Shown here in pieces: positions 13,304 through 20,284 of a stretch of 25,276 bases of DNA; the first letter of the stretch is position 1; every line of letters begins with the position of its first letter. The stretch covers positions 1-25,276 of the forward strand of contig JAITVS010000012.1 in assembly GCA_031285685.1 (NCBI GenBank), written 5' to 3'. The position numbers and the translations under genes were made by a program. Origin of the DNA: Tannerella sp. GTDB taxonomy: Bacteria; Bacteroidota; Bacteroidia; Bacteroidales; Tannerellaceae. The notes under the pieces are model-generated. The model was given only the letters and a program-made list of their open reading frames with translations, had not been told where the DNA came from and made no database searches.

Positions 13304-13307
13304 ACAG

Positions 13308-13934
13308 ATGAAGGGAAGTTTGATTGTCGTTGCATTCTTTGTTGCCGGATGTCTGCTTGGCTGGTATTTAAATACCCGTCAGATCACAATAGACGGCGAC
13401 ATCAGCCGCTATGTACTCTATTTGCTCATGTTCCAGGTCGGACTTAGCATCGGAAGCGATAAAAATATATTACAAATACTTAGAAGCCTGCGTCCGAAAT
13501 ACCTGCTTGTTCCGCTTGCTACCATTATCGGCACATTATCATTTTCTGCCCTGGCGGCGTTTTTTATATCCGAATGGAGCCTGTTCGATTGTTTGGCCAT
13601 CGGTAGCGGGTTCGCTTACTATTCTTTGTCATCCATTCTAATCACAGAACTGAAAACCGCTTCATTAGGAGTACAACTTGCCACAGAATTAGGAACAATC
13701 GCACTGATTACAAACATTCTCCGTGAAATAATGGCATTATTGGGAGCTCCCGTATTCGCGAAATTTTTCGGCCGCCTCGCCCCCATTTGTGCCGGAGGAG
13801 CTACCACGATGGACACCACCCTCCCGATCATTACAAAATATTCCGGAAAAGATCTGGTTTTCATCGCAATCCTGCATGGAATTTTAGTTGACTTAAGCGT
13901 TCCTTTTTTAGTTTCTTTTTTCTGTTCGCTGTAA
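13308..13934 (+). CDS. LysO/DUF340-family (lysine-exporter-like) membrane protein, large subunit
   Basis: ATG 13308 gives MKGSLIVVAFFVAGCLLGW and a polytopic hydrophobic protein of 208 aa. The track ORF start at 13179 would overlap the preceding gene. Confidence 0.65.
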   Translation: MKGSLIVVAFFVAGCLLGWYLNTRQITIDGDISRYVLYLLMFQVGLSIGSDKNILQILRSLRPKYLLVPLATIIGTLSFSALAAFFISEWSLFDCLAIGSGFAYYSLSSILITELKTASLGVQLATELGTIALITNILREIMALLGAPVFAKFFGRLAPICAGGATTMDTTLPIITKYSGKDLVFIAILHGILVDLSVPFLVSFFCSL

Positions 13935-13941
13935 ATAAAAC

Positions 13942-14001
13942 TGTCAGGAGCAGGAATGTCTGTCTTTACAATTAAAAAAACAGTCAATCCTACTCCTGAC
14001 A
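13942..14001. terminator. bidirectional stem-loop between the convergent LysO-like and rubredoxin genes
   Basis: Arms tgtcaggagcagga (13942-13955) and tcctactcctgaca (13988-14001) pair at 13/14 positions, with further imperfect pairing inside. T-rich flanks are present on both strands. Confidence 0.55.
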
Positions 14002-14021
14002 TCTTTAAATCTTGTTCGCCG

Positions 14022-14183
14022 TTAAGCTACCGGCTCAAAGCTGTCTTTACCTACTCCGCAAAGAGGACATACCCAGTCTTCCGGAATGTCTTCAAATGCC
14101 GTTCCCGGTTCTATACCTCCATCAGGATCTCCTTCTGCCGGATCATAAATATATCCGCATGCTATACATTCGTACTTTTTCAT
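14022..14183 (-). CDS. rubredoxin (53 aa)
   Basis: Hand translation of the reverse complement gives [53 protein letters not shown]. It has the two canonical CxxCG / CPxCG iron-binding knuckles. It is missing from the ORF track because it is shorter than 60 aa. Confidence 0.92.
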   Translation of the reverse strand: MKKYECIACGYIYDPAEGDPDGGIEPGTAFEDIPEDWVCPLCGVGKDSFEPVA

Positions 14184-14211
14184 ATTTCTTTATTTATAAA
14201 AATTAAACGTT

Positions 14212-14219
14212 CAAATATA
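14212..14219 (-). promoter_or_regulatory. -7 promoter box TATATTTG for rubredoxin
   Basis: The reverse complement of caaatata is an exact TAnnTTTG match. It ends 28 nt upstream of the rubredoxin ATG at 14183. Confidence 0.55.
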
Positions 14220-14287
14220 ATACTTATTTTTATTTCGGCAATTATTTCATATATACAAAAATTAATTTTCAACACGAAGATCGCATA

Positions 14288-14320
14288 TTGAAGTTCAAAG
14301 TTTCAAGTTCAAAGTTCAAT
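14288..14320. repeat. tandem 12-nt direct repeat AAGTTCAAAGTT x2 (period 14) with an embedded TTGAAgTTCAA palindrome
   Basis: The copies are at 14291-14302 and 14305-14316 and are identical. The palindrome is at 14288-14298. The element lies upstream of the rubredoxin promoter and downstream of the MarR gene. Confidence 0.45.
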
Positions 14321-14390
14321 TATTTTGTTTGGAACCTGGAATTTTAAACTGTTTAAAAGTCATGCCCGTTTCATTTAATCGAATACCGAA

Positions 14391-14753
14391 TCACATATAA
14401 TTCTCCCTGATATCTTTTAATATAAGAGCGACATTCATTTCTTCTTCCATCATCTCATTCAGTTTTTCAAGTCCTGGTTTAGTAATAGAGAAATACATTT
14501 GCCGCTTGTCACCTTTACCCAGAGTTCGTTTAACATAACCTTTACTTTCCACCGATTTAATAACCTTAGATGTATTAGAGCATGTCAGGCCCAATGCATC
14601 TGCTATTTCACCGGAAGTCAGTTTTTGTGATTTCAGGCTACATAACAACATTCCTTCATTAAGGCACAAACCATAATCTCTCTGAAACGTCATTTCGAAA
14701 TTCCTGATCCGACAATAGATATCCCGCAAAAGACACAAGTTCATGGCTTTCAT
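14391..14753 (-). CDS. MarR-family winged-helix transcriptional regulator
   Basis: 120 aa. The segment LTSGEIADALGLTCSNTSKVIKSVESKGYVKRTLGKGDKRQMYFSITKPG fits the MarR HTH plus wing pattern. Its start codon directly abuts the thioredoxin stop codon. Confidence 0.82.
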   Translation of the reverse strand: MKAMNLCLLRDIYCRIRNFEMTFQRDYGLCLNEGMLLCSLKSQKLTSGEIADALGLTCSNTSKVIKSVESKGYVKRTLGKGDKRQMYFSITKPGLEKLNEMMEEEMNVALILKDIRENYM

Positions 14754-15236
14754 CTATTGCTTATTAAGTAATACCTCGTCGATTGCTTTCTTAAAATCAG
14801 CTTTTGACATAGCCCCCTGAGCCATCTGAGGCTGACCACCCATCGGAATAAACAGCAAGGTCGGAATCGATCGTATACCGAATGCAGTAGCAAGTTCCTG
14901 CTCTTTGTCCGTATCAATCTTGTAGATATAAATTCTGTCATCATACTCCTCTGCTAATTCTTCCAAAATAGGCGCAACCATTTTACATGGCCCGCACCAA
15001 TCAGCATAAAAATCAATTAACGCCGGTTTATCACCAAGATATTTCCACTCTCCGTAATTCTTTTCATAATCAGCGACTTTTGTCAAAAAGTCTGCTTTTG
15101 TTAAATTTGTTACACTCATATGATTCTCTCCTTCCGTTGTTTTTCCTTCTTTACTACTATTATTTCCGGCACATTGTGTGAAAATTAAAACACTAAATAA
15201 AACCGTAATATAAACAATTATCAATACTTTCTTCAT
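14754..15236 (-). CDS. thioredoxin-family lipoprotein
   Basis: 160 aa with a signal peptide carrying a lipobox-like FTQC. The active site is WCGPC, followed by the thioredoxin-fold motif GIRSIPTLLF. Confidence 0.9.
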   Translation of the reverse strand: MKKVLIIVYITVLFSVLIFTQCAGNNSSKEGKTTEGENHMSVTNLTKADFLTKVADYEKNYGEWKYLGDKPALIDFYADWCGPCKMVAPILEELAEEYDDRIYIYKIDTDKEQELATAFGIRSIPTLLFIPMGGQPQMAQGAMSKADFKKAIDEVLLNKQ

Positions 15237-15256
15237 ACAAAACTTTTTTGACTAAT

Positions 15257-15493
15257 TTACAGACTCCCATTACCGGTCTTTTTATCTTTCACAAAAAGAC
15301 CGAAAACCAAACTTCCCAGAATGGCACCGGAAACAGAAGTTCCTATCACCGAAGATGTAATAGGACACGTTCCTGTCGCACATCCTATATAATGCCAATA
15401 CAGATAACCACCTAAAGCACCAATGATTGCACCAATCACATACAAACCGTTTTTTACAATTGCACCTAATATATTTTTATTCATCGCATTCAA
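15257..15493 (-). CDS. small two-helix membrane protein with a CATGTC (CX4C) motif
   Basis: 78 aa with two glycine-rich hydrophobic segments. It is the first gene upstream of the thioredoxin and MarR genes. The start could be the downstream Met (MNKNIL). Confidence 0.55.
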   Translation of the reverse strand: MNAMNKNILGAIVKNGLYVIGAIIGALGGYLYWHYIGCATGTCPITSSVIGTSVSGAILGSLVFGLFVKDKKTGNGSL

Positions 15494-15530
15494 TCCTTTT
15501 AATACAATATACCTCTTTTATTAGAGTGTG

Positions 15531-15538
15531 CAAAGGTA
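15531..15538 (-). promoter_or_regulatory. -7 promoter box TACCTTTG for the membrane-protein/thioredoxin/MarR operon
   Basis: The reverse complement of caaaggta is an exact TAnnTTTG match, 38 nt upstream of ATG 15493. Confidence 0.55.
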
Positions 15539-15668
15539 CAAAAAATTCCTTTTCAACCCTCTAAAAAACAAGTTTATACCCGAAGAAGAACCGTGAATGG
15601 GTAACGATATAGAAATGAGCGAACTGCTTCGCTCTGCTTTCATTTACACCATCTCAAATAACTCAATG

Positions 15669-15676
15669 CAAAGGTA
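15669..15676 (-). promoter_or_regulatory. second upstream TACCTTTG box (possible distal promoter or small transcript)
   Basis: This is the same 8-mer as at 15531-15538. A 7-bp hairpin gagcgaa-ctgc-ttcgctc (15617-15634) lies between the two boxes. Confidence 0.3.
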
Positions 15677-15689
15677 ACGCTTCTTTGTG

Positions 15690-15741
15690 AAAAAGAAAAA
15701 TTCATCCCAAAATTCTTGTAATCGTGAGAATTTGGGGATGA
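15690..15741 (-). terminator. Rho-independent-type terminator on the minus strand at the island/core junction
   Basis: Arms 15702-15716 and 15727-15741 pair at 14/15 positions around a 10-nt loop. On the minus strand the stem is followed by aatttttcttttt. Confidence 0.5.
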
Positions 15742-15749
15742 TATAAAAC

Positions 15750-15779
15750 TTCGGAAGTTATTCGGAAATCATTTCCGAA
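15750..15779. promoter_or_regulatory. three TTCGGAA/TTCCGAA half-sites, including the perfect palindrome ttcggaaat-c-atttccgaa
   Basis: TTCGGAA occurs at 15750-15756 and 15761-15767, and the inverted TTCCGAA at 15773-15779. The 9+1+9 palindrome at 15761-15779 was verified by hand. Confidence 0.35.
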
Positions 15780-15864
15780 TTGGGAATACATAAACGGATG
15801 ATTTTGTTTCTCCTTTCAACTTGAAATAAATCAAGGCATTTGTTTGTCTTTCATTCAAGACTAA

Positions 15865-16185
15865 GTGTTTCATCACAAAATAATAACTTTTCATATGGCA
15901 ATGATTTTAACTGCTTTACGGATTGTGAAAACAGAGCACATTCAAAGCCCAATGATATGCAACGATACTGATTTTCATACAGCGTTGGAATTGATGAAAA
16001 TCCTAATCCAACACGCCGCCCGAATTTACGAAGCTTTGCCCGCTGAAATCGAAAAGCCCAAATAACCCAACCTAAAACAACAGTTTTTAGAAGCCTTGCC
16101 ACCCGAATTTTCCCGAAAAGATTACTTGCAAACTGCCCAAAGCGGATTAATAAACCATTGGGTGCATGATAAATATAGAAAATGA
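15865..16185 (+). pseudogene. decayed C-terminal fragment of a DUF3987-type (mobile-element primase/helicase-associated) gene
   Basis: Translation gives ...ITFHMAMILTALRIVKTEHIQSPMICNDTDFHTALELMKILIQHAARIYEALPAEIEKPK, then a stop (TAA 16063-16065), then PNLKQQFLEALPPEFSRKDYLQTAQSGLINHWVHDKYRK. This follows the C-terminal pattern I recall for Bacteroides DUF3987 proteins. Here it lacks the whole N-terminal body, is interrupted by a stop, and seems to be missing the segment between LQTAQS and GLI. Confidence 0.55.
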
Positions 16186-16537
16186 TAAATGTCTATAAAA
16201 TAAAAATCGACACTATCTCAAAAGTTGTGGGGCGATTTGACAGGACAAGAGTAGGCTGTATTTGCAGGTAATCACCAAAAATACTGCTGATGCGTTAAAT
16301 TTTAATATATTCTTGTAAGTTATTTATGGCAAGGCTATTATTTGCTATTTCTTATTTTTCGATTTGAAATTAAAATAAATTAGTAAATCAAATTATTACG
16401 ATTTTAGCACTCTTGTTACTTTTGTAAATATTTGACAATAAGTAAAATATAAAACCAAGAAGCGTCAGAAAATTCAATTTGTCAAATTCTTGAAAATTAA
16501 CATATCACTACTACACCAAAAATAAAAAATACTTTCT

Positions 16538-17560
16538 TCACTCCAATAGCAATTTCAAATATCTACTAACTATTTGCGTATCTCCTACATGCCCGAGTGC
16601 TGTAAGTACAATGTTTTTTTGTGGAGAAACTAATAAATATTGTCCCCCATTACCTTGAATAAAATAATCTCCATTTTTACATATCCATAAAAATAACCCA
16701 TAAGCTGAACGGGGGAATGCTTCTACTGTATTATACTCTTTCACAATCATGTGTTGAGGTGTTGTCATTTTTCTTATCCACTCCGGTGGGATAACTTGCA
16801 AACCATTCCAAATCCCTTGCTGAATCAGCAATTTTCCTATCTTATGAAGGTCGTTGTTGAATAAATAAAGTCCTGTAGCTCCAGCACAATAATTTCCATA
16901 ATCTTTCCAAAAGAAATTTGTTATTTCTAATTTAGAAAAAATTTTATCATTAGCAAAGTGAGATAAATTTTGTCCTGTTATTTCTTGAAAAATGACAGAT
17001 AGTAGGAAGGCAGAAGCATTTGAATAAAGAAAATGTTCGCCGGGTTCATATAATAAAGGCTCGTTACATAAAAAATGAAGAAAAGTCGCAGGAGATATGT
17101 CTTTTATATCTGCTTGAAACAATAACTGTTTATCATAACCGGTTGTATGTGTAAATAGATGTCTTAATGTCACCTTTTGTAGTTTGCTTATATTATCTTT
17201 ATTTTCTATAGTAACTTTATCTTTAATGATAGACCAAATTTTAGTATCAAGATTGATTTGTTCCTCTTTGTATTTTGCTTGCATATCGCAAATTAATATG
17301 CCATAACACAATGCAACGATTAGTTTACTTATTGAGCGAATTTCGTGTAGCTCTTTTTCTTCTATAAAATAATACTGATATTTATTATTTATATCTGAAA
17401 CTATAATACTATCCATAGTAAGAGAATTATTGCGAATATCTTTTACTGCTTGCATGTCGGCAATAATATTATCAAACGTCTCCTTGTACATGTCTGTATT
17501 TTGGATTTTTATGCCAATTATATTCTTTCTTTTCTCCTTCGTTCCAAACTCTATCTTCAT
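16538..17560 (-). CDS. beta-lactamase-fold serine hydrolase (class C / family VIII esterase / D-aminopeptidase-like), operon gene 8
   Basis: SxxK motif SISK (S76, K79 of the long ORF), YxN motif YSN (FLYSNASAF), and a late GNGGQYLLVSPQKNIVL segment. The longest ORF overlaps the upstream gene by 89 nt. Alternative ATGs lie at 17491 (20-nt overlap) and 17455 (16-nt gap). Confidence 0.78.
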   Translation of the reverse strand: MKIEFGTKEKRKNIIGIKIQNTDMYKETFDNIIADMQAVKDIRNNSLTMDSIIVSDINNKYQYYFIEEKELHEIRSISKLIVALCYGILICDMQAKYKEEQINLDTKIWSIIKDKVTIENKDNISKLQKVTLRHLFTHTTGYDKQLLFQADIKDISPATFLHFLCNEPLLYEPGEHFLYSNASAFLLSVIFQEITGQNLSHFANDKIFSKLEITNFFWKDYGNYCAGATGLYLFNNDLHKIGKLLIQQGIWNGLQVIPPEWIRKMTTPQHMIVKEYNTVEAFPRSAYGLFLWICKNGDYFIQGNGGQYLLVSPQKNIVLTALGHVGDTQIVSRYLKLLLE

Positions 17561-18749
17561 AGTCGCACCATTCTGGAGGGAAAAAACCTGATGGGAGTTT
17601 GTTGATAAATTGCTGATTGAAATCTTTTATTTGAGTTAACAAATTATCCCTATCAACATCATTATTATAATTACAGATACAGTTGATAATAGGAGAAACA
17701 ATATATTCGCCTAGCTTAAAGTCAAACATAAAACTGTGCGTTCTGTGATATGAATCATATTTCTCGCCACAATTCTTTATTTTATGTGTATTATATTTAT
17801 AACCGCTCGCTATATCATTATATTGAATGTTAAAATGTTGCATCAAAGGAATGTCGCGTCCAGCAGATTCAAGGTCACGACATACAATCCGTTTTATTTG
17901 GAAATCCTTATTAATTGTTAGCAACATATTTTGTGCATGTGCTTCAAGTTCAATACCGCCAAAAATCAAAGCATCAAAATATGTGTGGAATAGTGGTTTT
18001 AGAATATTATCTATTAAAAAAACTGCAAGTGGTAAAGTTTGCTTCTTAAATAACTGAATAATTAGTGGCTCATCTTGCTCTATACAAGGAGTTCTATCTG
18101 TGCCGGGTATATATTCTTTGCTGAATAGTGAAAAAAAAGGAATTAAAGATTCGCACTCATCAATATATGGATATGGAGAACTTTCTCTAAATAATACCCC
18201 TAATTCATACATAACATTACCTAACGGTAAATAGGCTATTTTTCCGTAATCCTCTCGAAAAATACTAAATCTTTGATTGACTTTATTTTCGTCTATTATT
18301 CGTTTTAAAATATTTGTAACTTCACAACTTGATTGAATTTTTTCCTTTGTCATATGTCTTGGTATTCTTCCAAGAATTTCAGTATAGGCAAGTTTTATGA
18401 AAGTCTTATTTGTTAAGTTAAAGACAGTACGCCCACTTGCTGTGGGAACAACTATAATATCTAAAGGTTTTTCACTTATATTTGGGGAAATAAATTCATT
18501 TTCTACCATATCAGGATGAACAACAATACAATCTTTTGGAATAGACCAACAAGGCATATTACCAAACTCCTCTACAGTCACTTTGTCATTGAATCTGAAT
18601 ATTTTAGCTGCAAAGGATATAGTTCCCGACAATGGTCTTGTATTCTCGGATGTCGTATTGTTAATATTACTTCTTGAACCATCATTAACATATCGCTCCG
18701 CCTTAATGAAAGATTCTATTGGGTTACTTATAAATTCTTCTATTTTCAT
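17472..18749 (-). CDS. IucA/IucC-like (NRPS-independent-siderophore-synthetase-like) ATP-dependent ligase, short form, operon gene 7
   Basis: 425 aa. The ordered motifs are VVHPDM, VVPTASGRTV, IKLAYTEILGRIPR, FSIFRED and GIELEAHAQNMLLTINKDFQIKRIVCRDLES. I recall these matching the PTSSxRT, K...R and EAHxQN...RD ATP/Mg-binding motifs of AcsD/IucA-type enzymes. The start overlaps the upstream stop as ATGA. Confidence 0.55.
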   Translation of the reverse strand: MKIEEFISNPIESFIKAERYVNDGSRSNINNTTSENTRPLSGTISFAAKIFRFNDKVTVEEFGNMPCWSIPKDCIVVHPDMVENEFISPNISEKPLDIIVVPTASGRTVFNLTNKTFIKLAYTEILGRIPRHMTKEKIQSSCEVTNILKRIIDENKVNQRFSIFREDYGKIAYLPLGNVMYELGVLFRESSPYPYIDECESLIPFFSLFSKEYIPGTDRTPCIEQDEPLIIQLFKKQTLPLAVFLIDNILKPLFHTYFDALIFGGIELEAHAQNMLLTINKDFQIKRIVCRDLESAGRDIPLMQHFNIQYNDIASGYKYNTHKIKNCGEKYDSYHRTHSFMFDFKLGEYIVSPIINCICNYNNDVDRDNLLTQIKDFNQQFINKLPSGFFPPEWCDYEDRVWNEGEKKEYNWHKNPKYRHVQGDV

Positions 18750-19567
18750 TTTTGAATCTTTTCTTCTAATATCATTTTCTCTATCTTGACAAGGCTGTCA
18801 AAACATAGTTTTAAATATTCTTGTTCGGTATATTTGTTTTTTTGTTCTTCCGAACAACGGACTTCTAATGTCAATTCAATATCGGAATTGTATTTAGAAA
18901 TATTTCTGACAAGATTTTTCCAATCAATATTTCCATCAAGAGGAAGTAAGTGTTTATCGGCAATTCCGTCATTATCATTTAAGTGTACACATGTTAATTT
19001 ATCGCCAAAAATATTCCATGGAAAAGTTTCTACATTTTTTGTAAAGGCATTTGCATGTCCACTGTCAAAACAAAATTTCAGTTTGTCACTTTCTAATTTT
19101 TTAAAAACAAATTCAAGATAATCAAGTCTGCGAAGATTTTCCAAACAAAGAATAATTCCATATTTCTCACATACATCTAAAATTCTGGAAATACGTTTTA
19201 TTCCCGATTCACACATTAATGGGGGAGCTGTGCCTCCAGTAATATGTGCGACAACAGTTTTAATCCCATAATTATGTGCAAATGAAATTTCATTTATGAG
19301 TTGTTTTTCATATTTATCAGCTTCTGCATCTTCTGTCCAAAGAGCGTTAACATATTGAGAATCTATCAGTTGCCCATCAATAAATTTTTTATAAGAAAGA
19401 TGTAATGTTTCTATGTTTAACTTTGATTTATTTATCAAATCAATATATTCGAGGGGATGGTATTGCGAGTATATAAAAACACCGTCAAATCCAGCATCTT
19501 CTATGAGGCTGATTCTTTCCGCCGGTTCTGCCGACATTTTATAATTAAAACCAATGTTCTTTTTCAT
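18746..19567 (-). CDS. xylose-isomerase-like TIM-barrel protein (sugar-phosphate isomerase/epimerase / AP-endonuclease-2 superfamily), operon gene 6
   Basis: 273 aa. The metal-ligand motif series is LCLENL, FDSGHANAF, VHLNDNDGIADKHLLPLDGNIDW and TLEV. Confidence 0.78.
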   Translation of the reverse strand: MKKNIGFNYKMSAEPAERISLIEDAGFDGVFIYSQYHPLEYIDLINKSKLNIETLHLSYKKFIDGQLIDSQYVNALWTEDAEADKYEKQLINEISFAHNYGIKTVVAHITGGTAPPLMCESGIKRISRILDVCEKYGIILCLENLRRLDYLEFVFKKLESDKLKFCFDSGHANAFTKNVETFPWNIFGDKLTCVHLNDNDGIADKHLLPLDGNIDWKNLVRNISKYNSDIELTLEVRCSEEQKNKYTEQEYLKLCFDSLVKIEKMILEEKIQK

Positions 19568-19574
19568 TTGTTTT

Positions 19575-20279
19575 TTAATTTAGGATGTGTAACAAATCTG
19601 AAAACAAATTAATCACTTTTACTGTTTTTTGTAAACTTGATGGTAAATGTTTTTTTCGAAAATTAAACAGGCAACTGTCAATTCCTATATTCAAAGCTCC
19701 TTGAATATCTGTTTCTAAATTATCTCCAACGATTAAGATATTTTCTTTATCAATACTGTAACAAGAAATTATCTTTTCGATAAATTGTGAATCAGGTTTT
19801 TGTACTCCTAAATCCTCCGAAGAATAAAAACCATCTATGTAAGTTCTTATTCTTGAATTTTCAATTTTATTCTTTCTTGGATAATTCGTTCCATTGGTAG
19901 CTATAATTTTAATTATACTTTTATCAATAGCCTTCAATGTTTTATAAACACTATTGATAAGGACTCCTTTTGTTGAAAATTCAAGTTGCTTTGCTGAGAA
20001 ATCTGAAGGATTAATATCATTTTGCTTTTGCAAAGAACTTAAAAAGACCGATGCTCGCTCAACTCTAAATTTGGTAAAATCATCTTGATTAACTAATATT
20101 TGATGACTTTTGTGTACATTTTTGTTAATCGTTTTATATAAGTGATATATGTTTTCAGTATATGATAATCCAAAATATTCGCAAGCCATTTTTAATGCTT
20201 TACGCTCCGTTTTCTCATAATCAAACAATGTATCGTCCAAATCGAAAATAATGAGTTTATATTTTGTTTTATCAACCAT
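19575..20279 (-). CDS. HAD-superfamily phosphatase, YjjG-like (nucleotidase-like) subfamily IA, operon gene 5
   Basis: 234 aa. HAD motif I is IIFDLDDTLFD, motif II is IIATNGT, motif III is a Lys in QKPDSQF, and motif IV is VGDNLETDIQGALNIGIDS. Confidence 0.82.
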   Translation of the reverse strand: MVDKTKYKLIIFDLDDTLFDYEKTERKALKMACEYFGLSYTENIYHLYKTINKNVHKSHQILVNQDDFTKFRVERASVFLSSLQKQNDINPSDFSAKQLEFSTKGVLINSVYKTLKAIDKSIIKIIATNGTNYPRKNKIENSRIRTYIDGFYSSEDLGVQKPDSQFIEKIISCYSIDKENILIVGDNLETDIQGALNIGIDSCLFNFRKKHLPSSLQKTVKVINLFSDLLHILN

Positions 20280-20284
20280 AACAA

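Noticed and set aside
13179-13307. Longer start (13179) for the large LysO-like ORF
   Set aside because: It would overlap the 90-aa gene in another frame by 125 nt, with a Cys/Trp/His-rich non-membrane sequence. ATG 13308 starts a hydrophobic helix right after the upstream stop.
13031-13934. Split LysO/DUF340 as a frameshifted pseudogene
   Set aside because: Both parts have their own ATG. They are separated by a clean stop plus 4 nt. The two-gene arrangement is, as far as I recall, the normal form in Bacteroidetes.
13956-14291. + strand track ORFs 13956-14291 (111 aa) and 14012-14206 (64 aa)
   Set aside because: Both are low-complexity, Ile/Phe/Ser-rich translations. The opposite strand of the same DNA encodes a textbook rubredoxin with both metal-binding knuckles, so these are antisense artefacts.
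15851-16102. Minus-strand 83-aa ORF overlapping the DUF3987 fragment
   Set aside because: The + strand reading carries the recognisable DUF3987 C-terminal pattern. The minus ORF has no motif and no promoter box.
14291-16537. Possible CRISPR array or tRNA integration target
   Set aside because: The only tandem repeat, at 14291-14316, has two 12-nt copies and no spacers. I found no T-loop-like GGTTCGAATCC sequence, or its complement, near either island flank, and no cloverleaf-sized GC-rich block.
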